Below are positions 11,600 to 25,482 of a stretch of DNA of 64,000 nt, one piece after another; positions within the stretch are counted from its first letter, which is position 1; each line of letters opens with the position of its first letter. This DNA comes from Mobula hypostoma (lineage: Eukaryota): NCBI RefSeq assembly GCF_963921235.1, contig NC_086097.1, forward strand, positions 127,474,001 to 127,538,000. Reading direction: 5' to 3'. The notes below the pieces were generated by a model. That model was not told where the DNA came from and did no database searches. It saw only the letters and a list, made by a program, of their open reading frames with translations. Position numbers and translations under genes: made by a program.

Positions 11600-13495
11600 A
11601 ACACAGTGGACATCGACTTCATGAAGGTCTGTGTGGATGAGTGTGTGCCTCTGAGAACATACCAGACAGACCCAAACCCAAAGCTGTGGATGAACCAGAA
11701 GATTCATAGTCTACTGAGGGCTGGATCTGTGGCATTCAGAACTGGAGATCCAGAACTACGCAAACTATGGAAGGCTATTTTAAGAGTGAAAACTCATTCT
11801 AACTGAAGTTGGAGTGTGAATACGGTGCACGTCAGCTCTGGCAGGAGTTCCAGGCCATTACTTCTGACTAACGTCATGAACGGCTGTGATACTTCACTCC
11901 CAGGTGAGCTCAATGCCTTTATGCACACTTTGAAAGGGAGAATAAACTACACCTGTGTGAATCCTTGTCGCATCCTGTGATCTCGGTGTTGGAGGCAAAC
12001 GTCAGAACAACTTTCAAGAGTGAACCTTTACAAGACATCGGGCCCTGATGCTGTACCTGGTAGGGCACTGAAAACCTGTGCCAACCAACTGGCGGGAGTG
12101 TTCAAGGACATTTTCAATCTCCTGCTTCTGCAGTCGGAGGTTCCCACCTGCTTCAAAAGGCTGACAATTGTACCAGTGCCCATGAAGGGCAAGGTGAGCT
12201 GCCTCATTGACTATCACCCTGTGGCTCTCACATCTACCGTGATGAAGTGCTTTCAGAGGTTGGTCATGGGTAGAATCAACTCCTCCCTAAACAAGGACCC
12301 GCACCCGCTGCAATTTGCCTATCATACAGTGGATGCAATCTCACTGGCTCTCTGCTCAGCCTTGGACCACATGGACAATAGTAATACCTATGAGAGGTTG
12401 CTGTTTATTGATTACAGCTCAGCGTTCAACAGCATCACATCCTCAGTACTAGTCAACAAACTCCAAAACCTGGGCCTCTGTATCTGCAACCTTGACTTCC
12501 TCACCAGGAGGTAATAGTCAGTGTGGATCAGAAATAACATTTCCTCCTTGCTGACAATTAACTCTGTGTACCTCAAGGACGTGTGCTCAGCCCACTACTC
12601 TACGCTGTTTACACCCACGTCTATGTGTCTAGGCACAACTCAAACGGCATCTATATATTTGCTGATGACACAACCATTGTTGGCAGGATTTCAGATGGTG
12701 GTGAGAAGGCGTACAGGACTGAGATAGATCAGCTGGTTGAGTGGTGTTGCAACAGCAACCTTGCACCCAATGTCGGTAAGACCAAAGGATTGATTGTGGA
12801 CTTCAGGAAGGGGAAGTCGAGGGAACACATACCAGTCCTCATCGAGGGATCAAAAGTGGAAAGGGTGAGCAGTTTTCAGTTCCTGGGTGTCAACATTTCT
12901 GAAGATCTATCCTGGGCCCAACATTTGATGCAATTACAAAGGCAGCAAGGCAGTGACTATATTTCATCAGTAGTTTGAGGAGACTTAGTATATCACTGAA
13001 GACTCCCACAAATTTCTACAGATGTACCATGGAGAACGTTCTAATTGGTTGCACCATCATCTGGTATGGAGGGGCTACAGAAAGTTGCAAACTCAGCCAG
13101 CTCCATCATAGCCTCCACAGCACTGAAGACATCTTCAAAAGGCGATGTCTCAGAAAGGCACCATCCATCGTTAAGGACCCCCATCTTCTCATTGCTACCA
13201 TCAAGGTGGAGGTACAGGAGCCTGAAGGCACAGACTCCACATTTCAGAAACAGCTTCTTCTCCTCTGCTTCCAGATTTCTAGATGGACAATGAACCCATG
13301 TACACTACCTCACTATTTAAAAAATTTTTTGCTCTCTTTTTGCACTACTTATTTAAATATATATATATATTTCTTATTGTAATTTATAGTTTTTTGTTCT
13401 ACCATATAATATGTAATTACCGTTTATTTCTGCTGCAAAACAGTAAAATTTGCAACATATGCCAGTGATATTAAACATGATTCCTATTCTGATAC
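11600..13495 (+). mobile_element. Rex1/Babar-type LINE, decayed RT
   Basis: LKTCANQLAGVFKDIFN, FIDYSSAFN and IFADDTT motifs; tail ending in gattct-like repeats. Confidence 0.85.
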
Positions 13496-13699
13496 TTAAA
13501 TTTATTATCAAAGTAGTTACGTGTTACCTCAAGATTAATTTTCTTGCAGGCATTTACAGGAAAAAGAAATACAGTTGTATTTTTATGAAAAGCTATACAT
13601 AAGCAGACAAAGACTGGCCACCATCAATGTACAGAGGAACTGTGCAAGTAAAAATAGTACTGAGAACATGATTGTAAAGTCATGAATTGTAGAATGGCA

Positions 13700-14520
13700 T
13701 CTGCGCACAAGCCTACAGCTGGGGTTCACAGTGTTTGCAAACTCCCAGAAATAACAATATGCAGACAATATAATCAGACAATGCAGGTTGGGCTGCGTCA
13801 CCTGCATGCAGGACAGAGGGGTAGATGCCTGTCTGGTCAGCTTGGACTAGAAGATGGCCTTCAATCAGATATCACTCGCATATATATTGGACATGCCCTC
13901 TAAAATGGGGTTAGGGAGGGATTTGGGAATTGCATTTGACTGATCTACACATTCCAATTCAATGCCATCTGTTTAGCTTTCCCATCAACTATGGAGGCAG
14001 GCAAAGTTGCCCATTCTCTCCTGTCTTGTCTGTTTACTGCATAGAACCCTTTGCTGAACAATCAGGCAGGGCATGGGCACTGGAGGGGTGACAGTGCCGG
14101 GCAGTGGTGGCACTCAGATCAAAGCCTCCAAGTACATAGACGATGCTACCATCTTCTGTTTGTATCCAGCTGATCGGACTGTGATCAGTTGGAGTTGGCA
14201 TTGGGGACCAGGGACAACCACAGGAAGAGTTGTGGCCATGCTCTTTGACAAAAGTATGACCAGTCCACTGCCCCTTTCACCATCAGGTCTGACTATCTGA
14301 AGCTGTTGGGGATCTGGTTTGGAAGGGCTGAGATATGTACTAAGAACTGGCTGGAGAAGGTTGCCAAGGTAAAAGGAAAGTAGGGACTTCCTCACAATAA
14401 TTGGGAAGCACTAGGTGGTCGTGTCTGAGGTGCTCATGGGGCTGATTTACCTGTCCCCTATCCCTCCGTTTAGGAAATCATCTGAGCTACCTTCCAATCC
14501 ATCTGAGGATCCACCATGGA
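13700..14520 (+). mobile_element. Highly decayed L1/Tx1-like LINE RT fragment
   Basis: GVTVPGSGGTQIKASKYIDD motif. Confidence 0.55.
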
Positions 14521-17500
14521 ACGTGTGAGATACTACCGTCAGAGAGGAGCTACAGAAGCCCGAAGGCACACACTCAACGCTTTAGGAACAGGTCTCTCCC
14601 CGGCCATCAGATTTCCGAATGGCCCATGAACCCATGGACACTACATCACCATTTTGTTCCCTATTTGCACTACGTACTTAAAAAAAATATTTTATTGTAA
14701 CTTAGTTTTTTTTTGATGATTGCACAGTACTCCTGCCACAAATCAACAAATTTAATGACATATGTCAGTGATAATAAACCCGATTCTGATTTGCTGTTTT
14801 ATCTAACCGCTTCCTAATCGAGTTACCCATTATTAGAGATTCTTTCACTAGGAGGGAACACCTCGATAATTTCCGCATCATGGTCCTCAACAACTCAGAT
14901 GTTTCAATAATTTGTCCCAATTCCAAAAAATATAGATTAATTTCATTAACTCTTATTTAATCTACTTTTGTGAATAATAGTTGCTGTCCTTTATTGAGAA
15001 AACAGTTCCGCGAGTCTCACAAATAATAGCTGTTTTTACAAATCTAACAATAAGTGGGAAGCAGGCCTTTCGTAGAGTCAGGTATTATTAATTGGTAATT
15101 GGCTTGTAATTCCCACCATGATAAACTTTGTCTTGCATTCCATCCATTCCACTACATCAGTATATCAAGGGGACAGCAACAACAGAATGTTAGAACACGT
15201 ATTATTAACCAGTCATCTAGGCACAAAGAATTATGGTAGTATCACATAAAGCAGCATATGTGGTCATTTTTTTGTTTGAAGAACAAAAGATATATACAGC
15301 CAACTCTGTCAAGGACTTCATTTCTCCCATTAAAGCTTACACTACCCTGTCTTATAGGAACAATCGTGTCATGAAAGATTAGTGTCTATGACATTTTGTT
15401 TACAATCCTTTCTTTACCTATATGTGGGAGCTTGTCAGGTTGGCCTCCAGGACATGAAAGGAGGATAATCTGCTGGAGGATTGTGTCATCTAAGTGGCTG
15501 TGTCCAGGTCAAACACTTGCAGCAGCGAGGAAAGCCCAAACCTGTTCAGGCAGAACTCAGCCAAGATGAAAGCAATCAAAGTGACAGGGACAGGGTGCGG
15601 GACGTTCATTGCGTAAGCCAAATAGATCCGTAGGTAGTATGTGATGGAAAATAGGGTCTCGATTGTGATGATAGTACATTGGTGGGACCCAGTGCTGATC
15701 CTGGTCATTGAAGACCTGAGGCGGCAGCATTTGGAGTAGTGCCTCATCGGATTAGACACAGCTCTGCAATGTCTGACGGTCAAACTGAGCAGACAAGACC
15801 TCGGGCAAGAGCTGTTCAAGAAAATGATGTCAGAGTGGCAATCGGGAGGAGACAGACGGCAGCCAGCCGAAATAGCAAACAGGATCTGCAGAGTCCTCGC
15901 TACAGTTGGGTGCCTAGCGGGTAGATGCCTTTTTGAACTAAAAGAGACGCTGTCAATTACATGTCAAGTTAACCCACAAGGATTAAAAAGGTTTAAGCGC
16001 TTAGAGGCAGGGCATTAAGAAGGTTTAATAAAAAAAAAGATGATCCCCATAGGAACTTTTTGTGGATGCAAAATCCTGATGTTAAATGAAAGGCAAAATT
16101 AAAGGTTGTGCTTTTTATTGAACACGCCGTACTTGACAACAATTAGGTAGATTATCCACAGTAACCCACGCACTCTGTTGACTCCTCTTTTCCCTAAAAT
16201 GATAAAGGCCAAAATGAAGAAAATATTGTTCTTCCTGTTAATGACAGGTTGTTGCAAAGTCTGGGTCACAATGATACAAAGTGAAAATGATTCACAGAAT
16301 GTTAGGCAGCACAAGTGGAGATGCTGCACCTGATATTGGCCTGGTTTTGGGTTTACCCACTGATGCATTAAAAAACAAGGATTCGACCACACAGTTTCTT
16401 CAGTGTTTAACCTTCTGATGAAATAAAGTTATCTCTTCCAGTCACCTCGTGGTGCAGTAGGCAGAACTGCTGCCTGACTGTGCTGGGGACATGGGTTCAA
16501 TCCTGACCTTGGTCTGTGTGGTGTTGTGAGATGGTGTGCTATAAATAATCTCTAGTGTGTAGATGAAGGGCAGAGTCCAGGGAATTTATGAGAATTATTG
16601 TGACTGGGTTAATGATGACTATCATTAACAAGTTAGGCCAAAGGGCCAGTTTCCTTGCTGTATCACTTTATGACTCCAGTAGATAGGAGCAGTCACCTAG
16701 ACTTGCTTCTAGCTGGCGTAAGAAATGTCGACTATGTAGGAGCCATGTATCTATTTTCTGTCTGTGTTGAATTTTGTGTTGCACGTTTATTATGGATAAT
16801 TTATCACGTGGATTGGGATGTGGCAGGAGCGAAGAGTATAGTTACTTTGTCTTCAGTTTTTAGTCTGGTTGGAACAGGGGGTAGGTCAGGGGAATTTTTT
16901 TTGTTGTCCGCTAATGTTTAAATACAGCTAACGCTTATTTTGTTATATCGTTAGTTTTAGTTTTATTCGTGTTTTTAAAAATTTTGACAAGATTGTTCAT
17001 CTTTGCTGGCTTCTTAATAAAGGATCCAGCATACTTTCTTCAACTTAGGAAGTCACTATTTGTGGGTCACGTCGTAGTGTCAAACCCCCGTGCTTAGACT
17101 CCGAGCAGTTTCGGTTTGTTTTCAAGTAATCACTACAGAATACATTGAACAACATATACCACTCAGAAACTTGGAGCCTCTGTAGTGATGGTGCAGACCC
17201 GTTACTCTAGGTTTGAAGTCACAGTATTGAGGTTGCAGGACTGAATGAAGAAGCATCATATAAAAAGGCCCTCATCCTAGGCTAATTTCTGACATCATCT
17301 GCAGAGGCCTTCAGAGGATGTGCAGCCCAGACTAGAGACTAGGGTGAATGACAAAAACTGTGTTAATGACAGCTGTGGCTGCTTGGAAATTAAGCTGTTG
17401 GACTTTTGTATAGTGGTTAGAACAGACGCTTCACAGCACCACAGACTCAAGTTCAATCCTCACCTTGGGTGCTGTCTGTGTGAAGTTTGCACGTTCTCTG

Positions 17501-19492
17501 TGACTGTGTGGGTTTCCCTGGGTGGTCTGGAATTGTTTCATGTGCTAAAGTCATGCTAGCTGGTTAAATGCTCAGCCAGTGTTGCGGGATGGATTGACCT
17601 TTCAGAGATGGGAAATGTGCAACTTCTATTAGTGAGGGGGTTACAAATCTGGCTCTCATTTTCCTGGTCCTGGCTCCAGCTGCAAGCCCAGTCCCTGTGT
17701 TTGACCCCAGGTCTGACTGCATCAAGGGCCTATTTACACTCAGTCGGTTAAGTCGGACTATGTGGTCCAGATTCCTGCCAATGCTAGCACCCAGTAACTA
17801 AAGCTAATATTCTATTTGCCGCTCTGCTTTATGTACCTGCATATTAACTCTCCTGGACTTTTCCCATTTAAAGCTTCTCAACTTTTAAAGCACGTCCTGA
17901 TTTTCAATTGTTTCTGGCAAAGTGAAGAAATCTCACTTTCCCCCATGTTAGTCTTCCTAGTGAAATGACATGAAGGAATTGGAAACTTACGAAGTTGAAG
18001 CTCGTTAGAATATGGCATAATTTTGAATCATGGAGAAGAAATGTCAAAACTTGCATTCCCAGGCCTGGAAGTATATTGCAAGGTTTTCATACAATTCAAA
18101 AATACATACAATGAGGCACTAAATCAGTTGAAATTTACGATTTAATATAGCATACTTTAATTGCAGACATGCACCAATAAATATTAATTGTACAATGTAA
18201 AATGATCACTGGATTTAAGAGGGGATCTGTGTAAAGATGGTATAGTCACAAGCCAGAGATCTTCACAATCATCCAAGATTGCTGCCTGCCATTGAGAAAG
18301 TTCTTATAGAATTGGCACTTTTCCCTATCAAATCAATAGAATTTAAAAGAAACATAAACAATTTTAAAACATAAGCCACATAAAACACATTGCTTGTGGA
18401 ACTGTTCCCAACCACAATTAACATGAAAAGAAACATTAACCAGTTGATATACTTAGAAGTGCACATTTAACAGCACAGTCCACAGTGAAACACAATAGAG
18501 TATTTACTGTAAAGTTGCCATCAATAGTGGGCAAGATAATTAGCAGTTGATTAAAATATCACAGACAGACAGTAGGCCACGTTCAAACCAAGGTGGCAGT
18601 TTGAGAACTCCAACTCTCCGCAACACCTTAAATGAAAAATCTGCTTGGAAATGAGACTTGTTTTTGGTCTTGTCAAAACTAATGATGTTGGCTAAGTAAA
18701 TTCTCAATAGTGACTGAAGACTAAAGAATCTTACAGTACCAATCAACAAAAAGGAAGTTCTATTTGGGTTTAATTTTAGATAAATAAAATTGAAAAGCCA
18801 AGAAGTTATGCAAAACCTGCAGTGAACTTTGGTTCAGTTAAATTTGGAGAACTGCACTCAGACTACAAGGAAGATGTATAGCAAACACTAAAGAAATGTC
18901 AGATGGGACCAGAAAAGTCATTCAACTCTCACAAGGGGATGAACAGATTGGGTTTCCCTCTCTTGAAATGAGTAGGTTGAGGGATAAGGGGAAAGCAAAA
19001 CTAAATATCAACACGTGGCAATCACCAGAAACAATACTGGGGAGTAGGAAAAGCTTCATTACTGTTGGAGCATTAAAAATGTGGAAACCATTACCTGAGG
19101 AAGTAGTGAAACAAACAGGAGGCAGCTAAGGAGTGAGGTGGATTCGGAGAGATGGAGTGCAACATCAACACTGATATGCATGTGAGAGCAAAATGGCTCT
19201 TTTCTCTGTTGAAAACTAAGTCATTCTGAACATGATTTGATGAAACAAATGGTTGCACATTAGGAAAAAACCTGACTACAGCCTATTGTGGAGACAATTT
19301 ATAAAACAACTGAAAATTAAAAATTAGCTTAAGAGTTACATTTTCACATGAAGGTGAACAGTCCAGGCGGACAAAAGAAAAGGTGGCTCAATCCCTTCTA
19401 TGTCAAGATCAGAAAATGTGCCCTTATTAACCTTAATTTCAACCCTGACAAGATTTATGTTTAGTTACAGCCCCAAAGTGTATGCAGCTTTT

Positions 19493-19633
19493 CTAGTGGA
19501 CAGTAGGATACAGCCTACTTCTCACAAAGACGATAGCAGCAGAATGTTGTCGGACACCAGGATAATGCTGGATGTGGTTGAACCATCGTGAAACATTCAC
19601 ATATTTCTCTCGATCTTCATGGGTCAGTGCAGC
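19493..19633 (-). CDS. EEF1E1: EEF1E1 exon 4 coding part, AALTHEDREKYVNVSRWFNHIQHYPGVRQHSAAIVFVRSRLYPTVH*
   Basis: Manual translation (absent from the ORF track) matches the C-terminal KYLNVSRWFCHIQHYPGIRQH motif; tttctag acceptor and TAG stop. Confidence 0.96.
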   Translation of the reverse strand, partial: AALTHEDREKYVNVSRWFNHIQHYPGVRQHSAAIVFVRSRLYPTVH

Positions 19634-19859
19634 CTAGAAATGGACAATAAAAATTAGATCAGAGGTCAAGTGAAACAGTTATCGATCCAAATGGGTCAGT
19701 TAATGAGCTAAATCACACAGACCAGACATACCACAGCTTTGATACCCAGTTTGACTGTTGGGATTATACTGAAGGATTGCAAATTGTCCTTAATATGGCC
19801 CAAAACAGCAAAAGCTTTGGAAGCCCACAAGGAAAAACACAGCATATGAGAGATGGAGA

Positions 19860-21510
19860 CAGAAACATAGAAAACCTACAGCACACTACAGGCCCTTCTG
19901 CCCACAAAGCTGTGCTGAAAATGTCCTTACCTAGGGTTACCCACAGCCCTCTATTTTTCTGAGCTCCATGTACCTGTCCAGGTGTCTCTTCCACACACTC
20001 ACCACTCTCTGCATAAAAAAACTTACCCCTGACATCTCCTCTGTAAGCACCTTAAAACTGTGCCCTCTTGTGCTAGCCATTTCAGCCCTGAGAAAAAGCC
20101 TCTGACTATCCACACGATCAATGCCTCTCATCAACTTATACATCTCTATCAGGTCACCTCTCATCCTTTGTCGCTCCAAAGAGAAAAGGCTGAGTTCACT
20201 CAACCTATTGTCATAAGGCATGCTCCCCAATCCAGGCAACATTCTTGTAAATCTCCTCTGCACCTTTTCTATGGTTTCCATATCCTTTCTGTAGTGAGGA
20301 GACCAGAACTGAGCACAGTACTCCAAGTGGGGTCTGACCAGGGTCCTATATAGCTGAACATTACCTCTTGGCTCTTAAGTTCAGTCCCACGACTGATGAA
20401 GGCCAATACAGTGTATGCTTTCTTAGCCACAGAGTCAACCTGCACAGCAGCTTTGAGTGTCCTATGGACTCGGACCCTAAGATCCCTCTGATCCTCCACA
20501 CTAACAAGAGTCTTACCATTAATACTATATTCTGCCATCATATTTGACCTACCAAAATGAACCACCTCACACTTGTCTGGGTTGAACTCCATCTGCCATC
20601 AGCCCAGTTTTGCATCCTATTGATGTCCCGCTGTTACCTCTGACAGCCCTCCACACTATCCACAACACCCACAAACTTGGTGTTATCAGCAAATTTACTA
20701 ACCCATCCCTCCACTTCCTCATCCAGGTCCTTTATAAAAATCACAAAGAGTAGGGGTCCCAGAACAGATCCCTGAGCCACACCACTGGTCACCAATGTCC
20801 ATACAGAATATGACCCATCTACAACCACTCTTTGCCTTCCGTGGGCAAGGCAGTTCTGGATCCACAAAGCAATGTCCCCTTGGATCCCATGTTCCCTTAC
20901 TTTCTCAATAAGCCTTGCATGGGGTACCTTGTTAAATGCCTTGCTGAAATCCATTTACACTACATCTACTGCTCTACCTTCATCAATGTGTTTAGTCACA
21001 TCCTCAAAAAATTCATTCTGGCTCATAAGGCACGACCTGCCTTTCACAAAGCCATGCTGACTATCCCTAATCATATTATGCCTCTCTAAATGTTCATAAA
21101 TCCTGCCTCTCAGGATCTTCTCCAGCAGCTTAACAACCACTGACAGACTCACTGGTCTATAATTTCCTGGGCTATCTCTACTCCCTTTCTTGAATAATGG
21201 AATAACATCTGCAACCCTCCAATCCTCCACAACCTCTCCCGTCCCCATTGGTGATGCAAAGATCACCGCCAGAGGCTCAGCAATCTCCTCCCTCAGTAGC
21301 TCAGGGTACATCTTGTCCAGTCCTGGTGACTTATCCAACTCGATGCTTTCCGAAAGCTCCAGCACATCCTCTTTCTTAATATCTACATGCTCAAGCTTTT
21401 CAGTCTGCTGTAAGTCATTCCTACAATCGCCAAGATCCTTTTCCATAGTGAATACTGAAGCAAAGTACTCATTAAGTACCTTTGCTATCTCCTCTGGTTC
21501 CATACAGACA
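19860..21510 (-). mobile_element. CR1 LINE 3' part (RT) in EEF1E1 intron 3
   Basis: [30 protein letters not shown]; 3' end at agaaacatagaaa. Confidence 0.9.
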
Positions 21511-22689
21511 GATCCCTGAGAGATGATACTGAAGTAAAGACAAGATTGAGTTTGCTTGTAATTGAGATGTTTTGGATTAGTCCCTTGAACATTAGGAAGT
21601 TTTTGAGAAGAACAGGCCGTTCGGCCCAATTCTAATGCAGCTGGACCCATTCAGAAAGTCTCAAAAACATGTGAAAAGGGGATAAAAGGAACAACTTCCA
21701 ACAGGGTTGCCATTCCTCTGTGGGGTAAAACTGAGAGCCTTGTGCAAAGTGCATACTGACCCTCTTCAAAAGTCACTACTCAGCTGCTGGGTTCTGATGA
21801 GAATAGAGCCATGGAGCAGAAATAATAATAATAATTATTGATTCTATATGGGAAATTCTTTTGTTATAGCAGCAATATTTAAAAACACACTTAACAGTGT
21901 GCAGGCTTAACTAATAGTATACCAATAATGTACCAATGTGCAATAATAATATTACATCATGATGTGTGTTCTCCCGTTGCAGAGATGAACTGCTGTATAT
22001 GCTTATTGCACTTGGTTTTTGTAATGATCCTTGTGACAGTGAAGCTGAGTGAGCCTGTTCGAAATGGCCCTCTGCTGCCTTTTCATGAAGAGGATCTGCC
22101 AGATTGTTTATAAAGAAATGTCTATAATGGTTTTGAACTTACATGAGGGCTTGGACTTCAATGCTTTAATTCTCCCCAGGCTTCCAGAAGTGCAAACAGT
22201 TGATTTCCAAAGGAACCTGACATTTTCCACCAGCACAATTTAACCCAGAAGTTCAATTCAGTAAGATCTGGCACATTAAACATGCAACCTCCAGTGAAAT
22301 TTCAATTTTTTGACACAACTATGAGAAGAATACCTAAATGTTAATCTGTAATCTCAAGTAACAACTGAGTGGGAATGGAACCCTTGCAACAATTTGGAAA
22401 ACTTTCTAAATTATCTCGTTTCAACTTTTGGGTTTTAAAGAGCCCAGCGCTTGCTATTGTATCTTCTACTTCACTGGAGCCTCACACCATGCATCAAATG
22501 TAACGCACCGAACATTATTTTACAGCAAAGGTCAGCGTATTACACAGTTTATTATCCAAATGGATCATTTCTATCAAATTACATCAGATTCTTCTATTGT
22601 ATTTTTTCTCAGTCTTTATTAGGGTAAGAAACAAGTAGTAATTCCTTCCTAATGTTGATTATTTCTCTCACTGATGCTCATGATCTAAT

Positions 22690-23425
22690 CTCACCTGGTC
22701 CCGCAACACCAGCTCCATAGCCAAGAAAGCACAGCAGCATCTCTACTTTCTGCGAGTGCTGAGAAAAGTCCATCTCCCAGACCCCCATCCTCACCACATT
22801 CTACAGAGGATGTATCGAGAGCATCCTGAGCAGCTGCATCGCTGCCTGGTTCAGAAATTGCACCATCTCGGATCGCAAGACCCTGCAGTGGATAGTGAGG
22901 TCAGCTGAAGGGATCATCGGGGTCTCTCTTCCCGCCATTACAGATATTTACACCACACGCTGCACCCGCAGAGCTAACAGTATTGTGAAGGACCCCACAC
23001 ACCCCTCATACAAACTCTTCTCCCTCCTGCCATCTGACAAAAGGTACCGGAGCATTCAGGCTCTCACAACTAGACTGTGCAACAGTTTCTTCCCCCAAGC
23101 CATCAGACTCCTCAATACTCAGAGTCCAGACTGACATCTACATCACTTATTATTATATTGTAATTTGTCCTCTACTGTGCCTATTGTCTTGTTTATTAAT
23201 TATTGTACTGCCCTGCACTGTTTTGTGCACTTTATGTAGTCCTGTGCAGTTTTTTATGTGGTTTTACGTAGTCTAGTGTAGCCTTGTGCTGTCTCACATA
23301 GTCTAGTGTACTTTTCTGTTGTTTCATGTAGTACCAGGGTCCTGGAGGAATGTTGTTTCGTTTCTACTGTGTACTGTACCAGCAGCTTATGGTCAAAATG
23401 ACAATAAACTTCACTTGACTTGACC
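22690..23425 (+). mobile_element. Rex1/Babar LINE 3' fragment
   Basis: IVKDPTHPSYKLFSLLPS...NSFFPQAIRLLN; tail caataaacttcacttgacttga. Confidence 0.85.
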
Positions 23426-23619
23426 TGCTTCCAGCATTTTCCATTTTGGTGTTGGCGTTTCAGTTTTTTTGTTATAATCTCTTTCTAATCTGTCAGCTCC
23501 CATCATTTCCCAGTCAATACTTTTAAATATTAGCTCCAAAACTGTACATGCAGTGTAACCGTGAAACAGGCTCTTCAACCCATCACGTCCAATGCTGACC
23601 CATCTGCACTAACGCCATT

Positions 23620-24350
23620 TAATAGACTTGCTCTGCAGCACAGAAGCGGGCCCTTTAGCCTACATAGTCTGTGTTGTCATTTAAACTGCCTATCCCCATC
23701 GACCTGCACTAGGACCAGAGCCTCCATACTCCTCCCATCCATGTACCTATCCAAACCTCTTAAATGTTGAAATCCAGCTCGCATGCAGCACTTGTGCTGC
23801 CAGCTCATTCCACTCCCACAATGCTCTGAGTGGAGTTGTTTCATCGCATGTTTCCCTTAAACATTTTATCTTTCACCCATGACCTCTAGTTGTAGTCCCA
23901 CCCAACCCCAGTGGAAAAAGCCTGCTTGCATTTACCCTATCTATACCCCTCATAATTTTGTACACCTCTATCAAATCTCCCCTCAATCTTCTACGTTCCA
24001 AGGAATAAAAGTCCTAACCTATTCAATCTTTCCTTACAACTTAGGTCCTCCAGTCCGGGCAACATCCTTGTAAATTTTCTCTGTACTCTTTTAATCTTAT
24101 TTATATCTTTCCTGTGGATAGGTGACAAAAAACTGCACACAATACTCCAAATTAGGCCTCACCAATGTCTTATACAACTTAAACATAAAATCCTATCTCC
24201 TGTACTCAATACTTTGATTTACAAAGTATCAAAAGCTTTCTTTACAACCTTTCAAAGACTTATGGACCCGTATTCCCAGATCCCTTTGTTTTATAGTGCC
24301 CTACCATTCACTAGGCAAGACCTAGCTTGGTTGGTCCAACTGAGGTGTAA
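23620..24350 (-). mobile_element. CR1 LINE 3' fragment
   Basis: Typical CR1 3' sequence (aactgcacacaatactccaa, cacctctatcaaatctcc). Confidence 0.75.
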
Positions 24351-24442
24351 CTTTAACCTCCCACTCAGGAAGTACTTTCCAGATAAAAACACCCCCTGGC
24401 AGAAAAATAAACTTCCTCAAATCCCTTCTAAACCTCTTCCTG

Positions 24443-24521
24443 CCGGGGTTCCCAACCTTTTTTTATGCCATGAACCCCTACCATTAACCGAGGAGTCCGT
24501 GGACCCCAGATTGGGAACTCC
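24443..24521. mobile_element. Short hAT-type MITE
   Basis: Imperfect TIRs ccggggttcccaacct and agattgggaactcctg. Confidence 0.65.
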
Positions 24522-25239
24522 TGCTTACTGCAAACCGTTATAATGCACTTGCAGCATACACTTTACAATGAAATTAGGGCCTTTAGCCCAGCCCACGCTA
24601 TTAACTGTCCATTTAAACTAATACTAAATGCATCCCTGTTTTGACAACCCAATTGACATCAATTATACCCAGATTCTACCACTCGCTTGCACATTCGGGT
24701 AAATTTACAGCATTCAGTAAACTGACAGACCTGCATGTCTTTGGGATTTGGGAGGAAACCAGAGCACCTTAAAGAAATCCATGTACTCAAAAGAAGAACC
24801 TGCAAACTTGACATGGATAACACTCGAATTCAGGATTGAAACCAGATCCCTGGTGCTATGAAGCAACAGATCTACTAGGATAAAGAACAATACAGCACAG
24901 GAACAGGTCCTTTGTGCATTAAACAACACACAGAATGCTGGAGTAACCTTTAGCGCTGAGACCCTTGATCAGGACTGGAAAGGAAAGGGCAAAAGCCAGA
25001 ATAAGATGGAGGGGGAGTGGAAAGGACGAGTACAAGCTAGCAGGAGATAGGTAAAAACCAGGTGAGGGGGAAGGTGTGTGGGTGGGACAGAGTTTCTAAC
25101 AGGTGGTAGTTGGAGAAGGTAAAGGGCCCTGTGCCTTGTGCCAAACTAATTACATCTAATTAAAGTAATCCTTTCAGACTATGCAAAGTCTATATCTCTC
25201 CATTCTCTGACTATCCATGTGCCTATCCAAGAGCCTCTT

Positions 25240-25482
25240 AAACACTTCCATCACATTAACCTCCACCACCACCGGCAGCACAAACACTTCCATCACGTTA
25301 ACCTCCACCACCACCGGCAGCACAAACACTTCCATCACATTAACCTCCACCACCACCGGCAGCACAAACACTTCCATCACGTTAACCTCCACCACCACAA
25401 ACACTTCCATCACGTTAACCTCCACCACCACCGGCAGCACAAACACTTCCATCACATTAACCTCCACCACAACCGGCAGCAC
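25240..25482 (+). repeat. 42-bp minisatellite, 6 copies (one shortened to 33 bp), inside a CR1 3' end
   Basis: Unit aaacacttccatcacRttaacctccaccaccaccggcagcac at 25240, 25282, 25324, 25366, 25399 and 25441. Confidence 0.95.
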
